A stretch of DNA of 37,007 bases from Candidatus Aenigmatarchaeota archaeon (GCA_043814985.1 JBDRJK010000008.1:1-37007); one strand, 5' to 3'. Counted from the first letter of the stretch, positions 8,854-19,603 are shown. The notes: a model not told the origin generated them from the letters alone. Made by a program: numbers and translations.

Positions 8854-9996
8854 ATGAGAATACTTGTTTTGGGTTGGGAATTTCCTCCAGCTAAGACTGG
8901 AGGCCTCGGTACTCATTGCTATGAGCTTGTCAAAAACCTGGGCAGGAAGGGCGTCAATGTTCTTTTGTTTGTTCCGAAAAGGTCCAAGAATATCAATTAT
9001 AATCTGGAGAACGTCGAGGTCGTGGAGGTCGGAAGCGCAATACGCAACCCCTACAACAGCGTGAAGCCAGCAACAGTATTCGAGGAGGGTTATGGCTGGA
9101 ACTTCTTTGACGAGGTCAAGGAGTTCAACAGAAAGTGCGTTGAGCTTGCATTGAAAATGGATTTTGACATGATACACTGCCATGACTGGATAACAGTTGC
9201 TGCAGGAGTTACCCTGAAGCACATGACTGGCAAGCCCCTTGTTCTCACTGTTCACTCAACAGAATATGACAGGACAGCCAATATCTTTCCCATGAAGAAC
9301 ATAATTGACATAGAGATTATGGGTCTTCGTGAGGCTGACGCTGTCATCACAGTCAGCAAGCAAATGAAGAGGCAGCTGATAGACAGATACGGCGGGGACG
9401 AAAGCAAGATCACTGTTATTTACAATGGAATCGATTACACAAAGTTCTTAGGAATCACAAAAAAGGAGAACAGGAACATGGTCCTCTTCTTGGGAAGGCT
9501 GACCAACCAGAAGGGGCCTTACTTCTTTTTGCACACTGCTGCAAAGGTCCTAGAAAAGAAAAAGGATGTCACGTTTGTCATTGCCGGGCAGGGAGACTTG
9601 CTGCCAGAGCTGATCAGCATGGCAATTGGCATGGGCATTATGGACAATGTTGTGTTCACAGGCTATCTTTCAGAAGAGGAGCTTCACTATGCTTATTCAA
9701 TGGCTGACATCTATGTCATGCCGTCAGTTGCAGAGCCGTTCGGCATAACAGCCTTGGAAGCTATTGCTTCAGGAACACCAATAATTGTTTCCAAGAATGC
9801 CGGCGTTTCAGAAAGGGTCATGCACTGCTTCAAGGTTGACTACTGGGACACCCACGATATGGCCAACAAGATAATCTGCATGCTTGACTATCCTGTTGTG
9901 GGAGAGTGCATGAGAAGAAACTCTTTCAGCGAATTAAAGAACTTCGGCTGGGACAAGGTAGCTGAGAGGACAATAGCTGTTTACGGGAGATTGTAA
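8854..9996 (+). CDS. Glycosyltransferase family 4 (glycogen/alpha-glucan synthase-like)
   Basis: LGWEFPP...GGLG, HCHDW, HSTEYDR, EPFGITALEA. Confidence 0.9.
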   Translation: MRILVLGWEFPPAKTGGLGTHCYELVKNLGRKGVNVLLFVPKRSKNINYNLENVEVVEVGSAIRNPYNSVKPATVFEEGYGWNFFDEVKEFNRKCVELALKMDFDMIHCHDWITVAAGVTLKHMTGKPLVLTVHSTEYDRTANIFPMKNIIDIEIMGLREADAVITVSKQMKRQLIDRYGGDESKITVIYNGIDYTKFLGITKKENRNMVLFLGRLTNQKGPYFFLHTAAKVLEKKKDVTFVIAGQGDLLPELISMAIGMGIMDNVVFTGYLSEEELHYAYSMADIYVMPSVAEPFGITALEAIASGTPIIVSKNAGVSERVMHCFKVDYWDTHDMANKIICMLDYPVVGECMRRNSFSELKNFGWDKVAERTIAVYGRL

Positions 9997-11156
9997 TGCC
10001 TTCAGTATGTTTCTATTTCCAGATACACCAACCTGTAAGGCTTAACAAGTTCACTGTCTTTACTCAGAACGCACCTTATTTTGACAACCAAAAGAACAGT
10101 ATGTATTTCAAGAGGGTTTCTAGGAAATGCTATCTCCCTACAAACAAAACTCTCTTGAATGTAATAGACCAGCTAGGTAAGAAATTCAAGGTTTCGTTCA
10201 GTTTAACAGGAGTATTCGTGGAACAGTGCAAGAACTTTGCGCCCGAGGTATTGGAGTCTTTTGTTGAGCTTTCAAAAACAGGCTGCGTCGAGTTCTTGAA
10301 CGAGACTTATTATCATTCTCTCGCCGCTCTATTCTCCATGGAAGAATTCAAAAACCAGATAGAGCTGCACAGGAATTTGATAAAGGACACTTTCAACCAA
10401 AGTCCAGATGTCTTTAGAAATACTGAGGCAATGTACTCAAACCAAATAGCAAAATTAATAGAGGATATGGGATACAAGGGGATAATAACAGAGGGACATG
10501 AGAACATACTGGGCTGGAGGTCCCCCAATTATCTTTACAATCCAAAGGACTGCGGGAAGATGGTTGCTTTGTTAAGGAACTATAAACTGAGCGACGACAT
10601 CGGGTTCAGGTTCTCTGCGAGATGGTGGGAGCAGTATCCATTAACTGCGGACAAGTATGCCTCGTGGTTGTCTGCCTGCCAGGGTGACTGCATTAATCTT
10701 TTCATTGATTACGAAACATTCGGGGAGCACCAGTGGGAGGACACTGGTATATTTGAATTCTTGAAAGTTCTGCCGCACGAAATACTGAAACATAGGAACC
10801 TTGACTTCAAGACCCCATCAGAAGTTGTAAAATCATACAAGCCTGTGGGAACAATAGATGTTCCGTATATATTGTCATGGGCGGACGTACAAAGAGACAC
10901 GTCAGCCTGGCTGGAGAACGGCATGCAGAAAATGGCCTTCGAGCAGATGTCAAAGCTCAAGGACATGGTCAAGAAAGATCCCGAATTATTGCATGTGTGG
11001 AGGTTATTGCAAACGTCCGACCACTTCTATTACATGTGCACCAAGTGGTTTGCTGACGGTGATGTGCACAAGTACTTCAACCCGTACAACTCGCCTTATG
11101 ACGCTTTCATCAACTACATGAACATATTACAGGACATAAAGAGGAGATTGAAATGA
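9996..11156 (+). CDS. Glycoside hydrolase family 57 (alpha-amylase-like)
   Basis: HQP, ETYYHSL, FRNTE, DYETFGEHQW, SWAD, TSDHFYY. Confidence 0.93.
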   Translation: MPSVCFYFQIHQPVRLNKFTVFTQNAPYFDNQKNSMYFKRVSRKCYLPTNKTLLNVIDQLGKKFKVSFSLTGVFVEQCKNFAPEVLESFVELSKTGCVEFLNETYYHSLAALFSMEEFKNQIELHRNLIKDTFNQSPDVFRNTEAMYSNQIAKLIEDMGYKGIITEGHENILGWRSPNYLYNPKDCGKMVALLRNYKLSDDIGFRFSARWWEQYPLTADKYASWLSACQGDCINLFIDYETFGEHQWEDTGIFEFLKVLPHEILKHRNLDFKTPSEVVKSYKPVGTIDVPYILSWADVQRDTSAWLENGMQKMAFEQMSKLKDMVKKDPELLHVWRLLQTSDHFYYMCTKWFADGDVHKYFNPYNSPYDAFINYMNILQDIKRRLK

Positions 11157-12928
11157 AACCAGAAGCAGATGTAATGTTCGAGGTTGCCTTTGAGGTTTGC
11201 AACAAGGTCGGCGGCATCTATGCTGTTCTGAAAACAAAGGCAGCAAGGATGGTCGAAAAGTACAAGGAGGATTACTTTGCAATAGGACCGTACTTCAAGG
11301 AAAGAGCGGTTCTTGAAACAATGAAACACAAGCCTCCGGCTTTCCTGAAGCAGATTTTCTCCGAACTAGAAAAGCAGGGAATAAAATGCTTTTACGGGAA
11401 GTGGCTTATCCCGGGCAAACCGAATGTTATCCTTATTGATTATTTCGATATGATGAAACAGGCTGGAAAAATAAAGGAGAACTTGTGGAAGGACTATAAG
11501 ATCGATTCTTGGAATGCCAGCTATGACTTTGACGAGCCAGTTGTCTGGTCAACAGCAGTCGGCATGCTATTGGAAAAACTTATTCCGAAATTGAAAGACA
11601 AAAAAGTTGTCTGCCAGTTCCACGAGTGGCTTTCCGGAGCTGGTATGCTTTACCTGAAGGGAAAGGCTCCCACTGTTTTCACAACGCATGCAACTGTCCT
11701 CGGCAGGTCAATAGCTGGAAGCGATGAGGACTTATATGCGGAAATAAACAGCGGGAAGCCAATAGAGCCAAAAAGAGCCTACAAGTACGGAGTCCAGGCC
11801 AAGCACCTGCTTGAGAAGGCATGCGCCGAGAACTGCGACGTGTTCACAACTGTTTCAGAAATAACAGGGAAGGAGGCCGAATACATCCTAGGCAGGAAGC
11901 CTGACATCACGCTTCCCAATGGACTTGACTCCTCAAAGTTCCCGACAATGGAGGAGATTTCAATATACCACAGGAAGTACAGGAAGAAGATAAAGGATTT
12001 CTTAAATGCTTACTTCGGTCCTTATTACGAGACTGAACTTTTTGATTGCATGATAATGTTCACTTCCGGAAGATACGAGTTCAGGAACAAGGGCTATGAT
12101 TTGTTCATTGACGCCTTAGGGTTACTGAACGAGAGGATGAAGAAAGAGGGCGTGAGGAAAAATGTCTTTGCCTTCTTCTTTGTCGCAAGGGGCAACTCGG
12201 GACCGAACATAGACATACTTGAGAACATCAGGCTGTTCGAGGACATGCAGGAAGAGCTGAAGGACGAGCTGCCATGGATAGAGGAGATGATAATCACCTC
12301 GCTGGTCAAGGGCAGGATGCCAAAGACCGGGACAATATTCAGAAATGAGTTCCTTGACGAACTGAAAAGGAAGGTTATGGCATTCAAGAAAAGGGGCGAT
12401 CCTCCTTTGAGTGTTTTTAACATCAATTATGAGGGTGATCCAATAATAGATGGTTTCAGAAGGAACAGTTTATTGAACAAGAAAACTGACAAAGTAAAAG
12501 TCATATTCTATCCGTCATATCTTTCATCCACCGACAAGCTTATGGGATTGAATTATGAGCAGGCTGTGCAGGGAACCCATTTGGGAGTGTTCCCGTCTTA
12601 TTACGAGCCGTGGGGATACACTCCGCTGGATGCAGCAGAGAACGGTGTGCTGGCAATAACATCTGACTTGGCCGGCTTCGGCATATTCATCAAGCCCAAG
12701 CTGAAAAAGGATTCAGGACTTATGGTATTGGAAAGGGATGGAAAATCCCACGAGGAGAATGTCAAAAACCTTTCTAACATGTTGTGGAATGTCGCAACAA
12801 TGAACAGAAAGGAAAGGATTCCTAAAAAAGCTGAAGTAAAGGACCTTGCCTCCTTGTCCGACTGGAAGATACTGGTCGGAAAATATGTTGAAGCCCACAA
12901 TCTGGCATTGAAAAAATTCAAAAAATGA
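11153..12928 (+). CDS. Glycogen synthase, GT3 (eukaryote/Bacteroidetes-type)
   Basis: EVCNKVGGIY, FHEWLSG, FTTHATVLGR, SGRYEFRNKG, FPSYYEPWGYTP. Confidence 0.92.
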   Translation: MKPEADVMFEVAFEVCNKVGGIYAVLKTKAARMVEKYKEDYFAIGPYFKERAVLETMKHKPPAFLKQIFSELEKQGIKCFYGKWLIPGKPNVILIDYFDMMKQAGKIKENLWKDYKIDSWNASYDFDEPVVWSTAVGMLLEKLIPKLKDKKVVCQFHEWLSGAGMLYLKGKAPTVFTTHATVLGRSIAGSDEDLYAEINSGKPIEPKRAYKYGVQAKHLLEKACAENCDVFTTVSEITGKEAEYILGRKPDITLPNGLDSSKFPTMEEISIYHRKYRKKIKDFLNAYFGPYYETELFDCMIMFTSGRYEFRNKGYDLFIDALGLLNERMKKEGVRKNVFAFFFVARGNSGPNIDILENIRLFEDMQEELKDELPWIEEMIITSLVKGRMPKTGTIFRNEFLDELKRKVMAFKKRGDPPLSVFNINYEGDPIIDGFRRNSLLNKKTDKVKVIFYPSYLSSTDKLMGLNYEQAVQGTHLGVFPSYYEPWGYTPLDAAENGVLAITSDLAGFGIFIKPKLKKDSGLMVLERDGKSHEENVKNLSNMLWNVATMNRKERIPKKAEVKDLASLSDWKILVGKYVEAHNLALKKFKK

Positions 12929-12981
12929 TAAGGTACAAACCTAACAAAATAATAACCCATTTAAGTAAGGTTTGCAAATAG

Positions 12982-15129
12982 ATGTTTATGAAAGGTAATG
13001 TTTCAATTGCTGTCATTGTAATTCTATTTGTCGCACTTGTTGGTGCAGGTGTTTTCTATCTTCAAGATTCTGGTTTCACAAAGGAGGAGCTGAAGAAATT
13101 CTCCTCATATGAGCAATTGGAAAGCTTTGTGAAATCCAATGTGGGATCTTCATCATATTATGGAGGTTTCGCACCAGCAATGGCAACTGTTTCCAGAACA
13201 ATGGAACAGACAGCAGTTTCAGAAGCTTCTACTTTAGGTTCTGATGCAGCAAAATCTTCTGTACCAACTGCCGGAGGTGAAGCTGGCGGAGAATATTCAG
13301 AGACAAACATACAAGTGGCAGGAGTCGACGAAGCAGACATTGTGAAGAACGATGGCAAGTACATCTATACTGTTTCTGGAAACAAGGTTGTCATAATTAA
13401 TGCCTATCCAGCAGAACAGGCAGACATTGTTTCTGAGATTGAATTGAATGGAACTCCGCAGGAGATTTTCGTAAACAGGAACAAGTTGGTTGTTTTCGGC
13501 ATGGGAGATTATTCCTCTACAGGCATACCTGAAATCGGCATAGCTCCAAGAAGGTCTTACAGCCAGTTGACTTTCATCAAGGTCTATGATATAACAGACA
13601 GGGCTAACCCTGTCCTGACAAGGGATGTTGCTGTTGAGGGCAACTATTATGATTCAAGGATGATAGGCGACTATGTCTATGTTGTTGCTAGCCAACCAGT
13701 CTATTACGGAGGGACAGACCCAATACCAATGCCCCTAATAGAAGCGGATGGTGTTTCAAGAAGGATAGCAGCGTCAGAGATTTACTATTTTGACACAATT
13801 GACAACTCCTACATATTCACCAACATAATCTCAATCAATACACAGAATGATAATGAGGAATTCAACAGCAAGACCTACCTGATGGGTTACACACAGAACA
13901 TGTATGTTTCACCCAGCAACATATACGTTGTCTACACCAAGAGGCTGAGCGAAGCCGACTATTACGACAGGTTAATTGACCAGGCATTAATTCCCAATGT
14001 TCCTTTCGAGATACAATTGAAAATAAACGAGATAAGGAACTCTGACAAAGAGGATTATGAGAAGGTGCAGGAAATCAGTGAAGTTGTCCAAGAATATGTA
14101 GAGACTCTGGGACCTGAGCAGGGAGCAAACTTCATGAAGAACGTGCAGCAAAAGGTGGATGAAGTGTACCAGCAAATAGCCAAGGAATTGGAGAAAACCA
14201 TTATACACAAGATTGCTATCTTCAATGGCAACATTGATTATGTAACAAATGGAGAGGCTCCGGGTCAGACCCTTAACCAGTTCTCAATGGACGAGTACAA
14301 CGGCAACTTCAGGATTGCGACCACAACGAACAACTGGAGAACGCAATCGTCAAACCATTTGTACGTACTCGATGGTGACCTGAACATAATCGGCAAGGTT
14401 GAAGATTTGGCAAGCGGTGAAAGAATTTATTCAGTAAGATTCATGGGAGATAGGGGATATATGGTGACCTTCAGGCAGATTGATCCCTTGTTCGTTATAG
14501 ACTTATCCAATCCAACCAACCCGCAAGTCCTGGGTTACCTGAAAATACCTGGTGTGTCAGATTACCTGCATCCTTATGATGAAACGCATTTGATTGGAGT
14601 TGGAAGGGACGCTACAGAGAGCGGAAGAATATCAGGAATGAAATTATCTCTGTTCGATGTAAGCGATGTTGCCAACCCGACAGAAATTTCAAAATACATA
14701 ATCGGAGAGAGGGGAACATACTCAGAAGCTCTTAATGATCATAAAGCATTCCTGTTCAGCAGGGAAAAGAACCTGTTGGTAATACCTGTCAGGGAATATG
14801 AAAAGGATTATAGGGAATCCTTCCAGGGAGCCTATGTTTTCAATGTTGACTTGGTCAATGGCTTCATATTGAAGGGAACAATTACACATGCCAACGAGAC
14901 AGCAATAGAGGATGACAGATGGTACTATGAATGGAACGCCGAAGTGAGAAGGTCATTGTACATCGACAATGTGTTGTATACAGTCTCGAACAAAATGGTA
15001 AAGGCTAATGACTTGAGTGACTTGGGTGAAATCAGCCAAGTGGAGCTTCCCTTAGAAGACTACTACGGCTATGTCAGAGGTGGAGTGGGAATAGCGATTG
15101 ATATGGTAGAATCTCCAATTTCTCAATAA
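12982..15129 (+). CDS. Secreted beta-propeller domain protein
   Basis: N-terminal TM/signal region, YSETNIQVAGVDEADIVKNDG, NQFSMDEY, ERIYSVRF, VTFRQIDPLFVIDLS, LKIPGVSDYLHP. Confidence 0.88.
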   Translation: MFMKGNVSIAVIVILFVALVGAGVFYLQDSGFTKEELKKFSSYEQLESFVKSNVGSSSYYGGFAPAMATVSRTMEQTAVSEASTLGSDAAKSSVPTAGGEAGGEYSETNIQVAGVDEADIVKNDGKYIYTVSGNKVVIINAYPAEQADIVSEIELNGTPQEIFVNRNKLVVFGMGDYSSTGIPEIGIAPRRSYSQLTFIKVYDITDRANPVLTRDVAVEGNYYDSRMIGDYVYVVASQPVYYGGTDPIPMPLIEADGVSRRIAASEIYYFDTIDNSYIFTNIISINTQNDNEEFNSKTYLMGYTQNMYVSPSNIYVVYTKRLSEADYYDRLIDQALIPNVPFEIQLKINEIRNSDKEDYEKVQEISEVVQEYVETLGPEQGANFMKNVQQKVDEVYQQIAKELEKTIIHKIAIFNGNIDYVTNGEAPGQTLNQFSMDEYNGNFRIATTTNNWRTQSSNHLYVLDGDLNIIGKVEDLASGERIYSVRFMGDRGYMVTFRQIDPLFVIDLSNPTNPQVLGYLKIPGVSDYLHPYDETHLIGVGRDATESGRISGMKLSLFDVSDVANPTEISKYIIGERGTYSEALNDHKAFLFSREKNLLVIPVREYEKDYRESFQGAYVFNVDLVNGFILKGTITHANETAIEDDRWYYEWNAEVRRSLYIDNVLYTVSNKMVKANDLSDLGEISQVELPLEDYYGYVRGGVGIAIDMVESPISQ

Positions 15130-15557
15130 CTTTTCAAATGGCTTTGATTGTGCTTTCCAAATACTGTAAGAAATACAAGATCATTCCTTCCTGTGTTGAC
15201 AACCCTGTGCCATGAATTAACAGGAACTGTTACTAAGTCGTCCTTCTTTACTTTTAACTTCTTTTTGCCAATCAGAATGTGACCGCTGCCCTTAAAGAAG
15301 ATGTAGATTTCATCTACCTTGTGCTTGTGGCCACGCGTCATTTTAAATTCACCATTAACCTTGCCTGAAGGGACAATGTTCATGGTGATCATGGTTTTTT
15401 TCAAGCCTGATTTACTGGAAGGCATATCTATCAGAATTTCGTTTATCTTGTTCTCACAGCCTTTGATGTTCTTGTAGATGTTCTTTCCGTCTTTTACTAC
15501 GTCCTTAACTTTTATCCTTACGGTCTTTCCTTTGAAGTTTTTCAGATTGGTTTTCAT
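15123..15557 (-). CDS. Cupin-type glucose-6-phosphate isomerase-like protein
   Basis: GKVNGEFKMTRGHKH...EIYIFFKGSG...VP...HRVVNTG matches archaeal cupin PGI; the gene is coupled to tpiA. Confidence 0.75.
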   Translation of the reverse strand: MKTNLKNFKGKTVRIKVKDVVKDGKNIYKNIKGCENKINEILIDMPSSKSGLKKTMITMNIVPSGKVNGEFKMTRGHKHKVDEIYIFFKGSGHILIGKKKLKVKKDDLVTVPVNSWHRVVNTGRNDLVFLTVFGKHNQSHLKSY

Positions 15558-16219
15558 ACCATTCCCATTATCAGCTCTTCCATTGATTTTTCAATGTCAT
15601 CTGACTTGACAACGCCTGAGGCAACAAGAACACCCTTGGCTCCCAGGTATATTGCCTTCTTGACATCCATCCTGTTCTTTACACCAGCCCCACAAAGAAT
15701 CTCTATGCCAGGATGTAATTCCTTCACATCCTCTACAGACTTCTTTATCACGTCTGGCCTGGCAGTTGATACGGAAACATCACCACCTATCAGCTCTGGC
15801 GGCTCAATTGCAATGAAGTCTGGCTTGAACTTTGCCAACTGCATCACCTCGTAATTGTCCTTGGCGCAGACAATTGACACCAGCTCGTACTTCCTGCAAA
15901 GCTCAACGCACTTCTTGATGTCCTCATGCGGAATCCTCTTCTCAGAATGATTAATTAACGAACCGACTCCTCCCAGCTCCTTCACTTCCTTTGCTATCAA
16001 TGAGCCTGTGTATGCTCCTGGCTCGTACGGATCAATATGCTGTGATATTGTCATGCAAATCTTGGCTGTGCTGTCAATCAGGGGAGCAGGCGGGGCAATG
16101 AGAATTGTCACATCATGCTTTTCAGCCAGCTTCTTGGCTGTTATTGCAAAATCCAAAGGCCTGCAACCAAGAGCCTGCTCATACTGCTTGAGATTCACTA
16201 TCAGAATAGGAGTCTTCAT
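15554..16219 (-). CDS. tpiA: Triosephosphate isomerase, archaeal type
   Basis: IVNLK, QHID, GSLINHSE, IAIEPPELIG, CGAGV, GVLVASGVVK. Confidence 0.96.
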   Translation of the reverse strand: MKTPILIVNLKQYEQALGCRPLDFAITAKKLAEKHDVTILIAPPAPLIDSTAKICMTISQHIDPYEPGAYTGSLIAKEVKELGGVGSLINHSEKRIPHEDIKKCVELCRKYELVSIVCAKDNYEVMQLAKFKPDFIAIEPPELIGGDVSVSTARPDVIKKSVEDVKELHPGIEILCGAGVKNRMDVKKAIYLGAKGVLVASGVVKSDDIEKSMEELIMGMV

Positions 16220-16258
16220 AGATTAGAAATTGTCAAAGATTCAATATAAATGTTTTCT

Positions 16259-16537
16259 TCACTGGCTTTGGTATTTTGCTTCAACCCTGTGGACTTCATC
16301 CACACCTATGTTTTCCAGTTTTGACACTTTCTCAACTATGTTTACCAAAGAATTAGAATTAGGGTTTCCATCAACTAGAACAGAATACTGGACTTTTGCA
16401 ATAATCATGTCCCTAGGGCCGTAAGTTAGGGATGCTGTTTCAACTTCCTCAATTCCCTTAAGCGCTTCCATGGATTCATTTTTTGAATCTTTATCTGTTT
16501 TAACCAAGTTAATTAATAAAATAGCTTCTGGTGCCAT
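16259..16537 (-). CDS. Stand-alone Lrp/AsnC ligand-binding (RAM) domain protein
   Basis: AILLIN...EALKGIEEV...TYGPRDMII...VEKVSKL pattern with no HTH; downstream of leuB. Confidence 0.65.
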   Translation of the reverse strand: MAPEAILLINLVKTDKDSKNESMEALKGIEEVETASLTYGPRDMIIAKVQYSVLVDGNPNSNSLVNIVEKVSKLENIGVDEVHRVEAKYQSQ

Positions 16538-16551
16538 TTAATCACTAATCA

Positions 16552-17721
16552 TCAATAACTCCTAACATATTCGGCTATGACATCGCCCATTTCTTCTGTA
16601 GATACCAATTCTTGACCAAATACAGGATAGAAAAAATCCGCTACTTTTGACATAGTACCAGTACTTTTAATATCTTTAGTCCTGAAGCCTTTCCTTAAAG
16701 CATATTGAACGCCTTCTTCGATTATCTGTGCTTTATCAATCTCACCAAGATTCTCAACCATCATCTTACATGCCTTAATCATACCTATTGGGTTTGCTAT
16801 CCCTTTGCCAGCTATGTCAGGAGCTGCCCCAGCTATTTGCTCGAACATTGAGACTCCATTTGGGTTTATGTTAGCACCAGGTGCCAAGCCCAGACTGCCG
16901 ATTGTCTTGGCTCCCTCGTCGCTGATTATGTCTCCCATAAGGTTAGATGTAACAACAACATCCAATTCAGAAACATAAGGGCTTATTATCAGCTGGGTGA
17001 AGTTGTCGACGTACTTCTTTTCAGTTTTTATATCTGGATAACTCTTTGAAATTATGTCGAACCTTTCTCTCCATAACCTGCTGCCATGGAGGACGTTTGC
17101 CTTGTCAACAAGAGTCACTGATTTTTTGTCAAATCTTCTTTTTGCCAGATTGAACGAGTAATCAATTATCCTGTCAATCGCATCTACAGTATGAACATTA
17201 ATGTCAACAGCATCCCAACGCTGGTCTTTCATCATTTTTTCAGTCATTAGTCCTAATTGTGTACTGATGTCCATCTTTCCTCTTATCCCTCCTACCTTTG
17301 AGTATTCGCCTTCAGAATTTTCCCTCACAACAACATAATCAATACCGCCTTTAATAACATTCTTTTTCAAGGGCGATATTCCTGAAAGCTCTTTATAGAG
17401 TTCCATTGGCCTCAGATTGATGTACTGGTCTAGTTCTTGCCTCAATTTTAGAATGACGCCTGCCTCAACCAAGCCCTGAGGAAGGTCGGGCAAACCTACA
17501 GGCCCCTTGAGTATGGCATCAGACTTTTTCATTCTCTCCAAGCTTTCCTCTGGTAAAACATCGCCGTTTTTATTATATTCGTTCCCACCAGCCGGAGTTT
17601 CAATGAAGTTGAATTTCACACACGATATTTCCTGCAAGGCCTCTAGAACCTTTATGCCTTGATCCACGACCTCTAGACCTATGCCGTCTCCACGAAGAAC
17701 AGCAATGTCATAAGTTACCAT
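16552..17721 (-). CDS. leuB: 3-isopropylmalate (beta-decarboxylating) dehydrogenase
   Basis: GDGIGLEV, LRQELDQYINLRP, VRENSEGEY, VDKANV, SNLMGDIISD, APDIAGKGIANP. Confidence 0.88.
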   Translation of the reverse strand: MVTYDIAVLRGDGIGLEVVDQGIKVLEALQEISCVKFNFIETPAGGNEYNKNGDVLPEESLERMKKSDAILKGPVGLPDLPQGLVEAGVILKLRQELDQYINLRPMELYKELSGISPLKKNVIKGGIDYVVVRENSEGEYSKVGGIRGKMDISTQLGLMTEKMMKDQRWDAVDINVHTVDAIDRIIDYSFNLAKRRFDKKSVTLVDKANVLHGSRLWRERFDIISKSYPDIKTEKKYVDNFTQLIISPYVSELDVVVTSNLMGDIISDEGAKTIGSLGLAPGANINPNGVSMFEQIAGAAPDIAGKGIANPIGMIKACKMMVENLGEIDKAQIIEEGVQYALRKGFRTKDIKSTGTMSKVADFFYPVFGQELVSTEEMGDVIAEYVRSY

Positions 17722-17811
17722 GCCAATTATATGAAAGAAAAGCTTTTTATATCTGAAATCTAAGGAAAAGGCATTTAAGTTTTTCTCTCTTAATTGTTTA
17801 AGTTGAAGCTT

Positions 17812-19098
17812 ATGGCAATGACTATAACCGAAAAGATTCTTGCTTACAATTCAGGCCTTGAAGAAGTCAAACCAGGAGACTTAGTAAGCCCTGAGGTAAG
17901 CGTTTTTCTGACGCATGATGTTCTAGGTCCTGATGTTGCTGACATTTTCAACAGAGATTTCAAGGAAGAATTCGGAAAAGTATGGAACAATAAAAGGATA
18001 GTAGTAACCCCAGACCATTTCATTCCTTGTTGTGATGTTAATGTTGCCAACCGTATGGTCAGGCTTAGGAAGTTCGTGAAGGAACAGAATATTGTCAATT
18101 TTTACCCTGAGGGCATTCATGGGGTATGCCATGAGATGCTGGCACAGGAAGGCTTTGATTTGCCGGGATATGTCATTGTTGGCACTGATTCCCACACTGA
18201 CACCGGCGGTGCCCACGGTCTTTTCAGCACAGGAATTGGAACCACTGCAGGCGCATGCGTTGCTGCCAGCGGCGTGTATCCTCTTTTGGAAGTTCCGGAA
18301 AGCATGAAGCTGACTTATGACAACAAGCTGCCTGAAGGTTCGTATTCCAAGGACTTGATATTAAAGACTCTTGGTGAAATAGGGGCTAAGGGAGCCCTGA
18401 AAAAAGCAATGGAGTTTGAAGGAAAGGCAATTGAATACTTGTCATTGGACCAGAGAAGAACCATATGCAACATGGCAGTTGAGGGAAGCGCAATAAACGG
18501 AATAATTGCTCCTGATGAAAAGGTAGAATATTATGTTGCAAATGCTCCAAAACATAAGGGATTGCCTAAACCAAAATATTTCAAGTCTGATAAAGATGCT
18601 AATTATTCAAAGATATTGGAATTTGACGCAGGCCAAATTGAACCCCAAGTGTCAGTAAATTATCTGCCAGCCGACGCTGTACCTGTCACAAAGGTAGAGG
18701 GCCAGAAAGTAGATCAGGCATTCATAGGCTCTTGCACAAATGGCAAGTGGGAGGATATGGAAACTGCAGCAGATTACTTGGAAGGTCGCAAGGTTTCCAA
18801 AGGTACAAGACTCATAATCATACCGGCAACACAAAAAATCTGGTACAGAGCCTTGGAAGAGGGACTGCTTGACACTTTCTACAAAGCTGGTGCTTCTGTT
18901 TCAACTCCGACATGCGGGCCGTGTTTGGGAGGCCATATGGGAGTATTGGGAAAGGGCGAAAGGTGTATATCATCCTCAAACAGGAACTTCAGAGGAAGAA
19001 TGGGCGACTCTGAAAGTTTTGTGTATCTTGCAAGCCCGGCAACCGTGGCAGTGTCTGCTGTGGAAGGGAAAATAGCTGATCCGAGGAGATATCTATGA
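17812..19098 (+). CDS. leuC: 3-isopropylmalate dehydratase/homoaconitase large subunit
   Basis: MTITEKIL, DH, GVCH, GTDSHT, IGSCTNG, CGPCLG, SSSNRNFRGRMG, YLASPA. Confidence 0.9.
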   Translation: MAMTITEKILAYNSGLEEVKPGDLVSPEVSVFLTHDVLGPDVADIFNRDFKEEFGKVWNNKRIVVTPDHFIPCCDVNVANRMVRLRKFVKEQNIVNFYPEGIHGVCHEMLAQEGFDLPGYVIVGTDSHTDTGGAHGLFSTGIGTTAGACVAASGVYPLLEVPESMKLTYDNKLPEGSYSKDLILKTLGEIGAKGALKKAMEFEGKAIEYLSLDQRRTICNMAVEGSAINGIIAPDEKVEYYVANAPKHKGLPKPKYFKSDKDANYSKILEFDAGQIEPQVSVNYLPADAVPVTKVEGQKVDQAFIGSCTNGKWEDMETAADYLEGRKVSKGTRLIIIPATQKIWYRALEEGLLDTFYKAGASVSTPTCGPCLGGHMGVLGKGERCISSSNRNFRGRMGDSESFVYLASPATVAVSAVEGKIADPRRYL

Positions 19099-19595
19099 AA
19101 TTCGAAGGTAATGCCCATGTTTACGGCAAGAATACAGACACAGATGTTATTATTCCAGCTGCTTGCCTAAAGCTTGATGACAAAAAGGAAATGTCAAAAC
19201 ATGCAATGGAAGGTATTGACCCTCAGTTCACTAAAAGGGTCAGAGATGGTGACATAGTGATTGGTGGGGAGAATTTTGGCTGTGGCTCTTCCAGAGAACA
19301 AGCACCTATGGTCCTAAGCATGAAAGGAATAGGGGCTGTAGTTGCTCCTTCATACGCAAGCATCTTCAAGAATAATTCTGTCGAAGGAGGGTACCTCTAT
19401 CCTTTAATTTGCAAAGAAGAGATAAAAGCAAGTATGGGAGACAGAATAAGAATAGACACTAACAAACATATTCTTGAGAACTTGACAAACGGAAGTAGTT
19501 ATGAAATAGAGCCCTTGACAGAAAAAGAGGAAATTCTTCTAAAAAACAAGGGTCTTATAGAATACACCAAAAAATTGATAAGAGAAAGAAAGTGA
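19095..19595 (+). CDS. leuD: 3-isopropylmalate dehydratase/homoaconitase small subunit
   Basis: NTDTDVIIP, GENFGCGSSREQA; ATGA overlap with leuC. Confidence 0.9.
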   Translation: MKFEGNAHVYGKNTDTDVIIPAACLKLDDKKEMSKHAMEGIDPQFTKRVRDGDIVIGGENFGCGSSREQAPMVLSMKGIGAVVAPSYASIFKNNSVEGGYLYPLICKEEIKASMGDRIRIDTNKHILENLTNGSSYEIEPLTEKEEILLKNKGLIEYTKKLIRERK

Positions 19596-19603
19596 ATTAT
19601 TTT

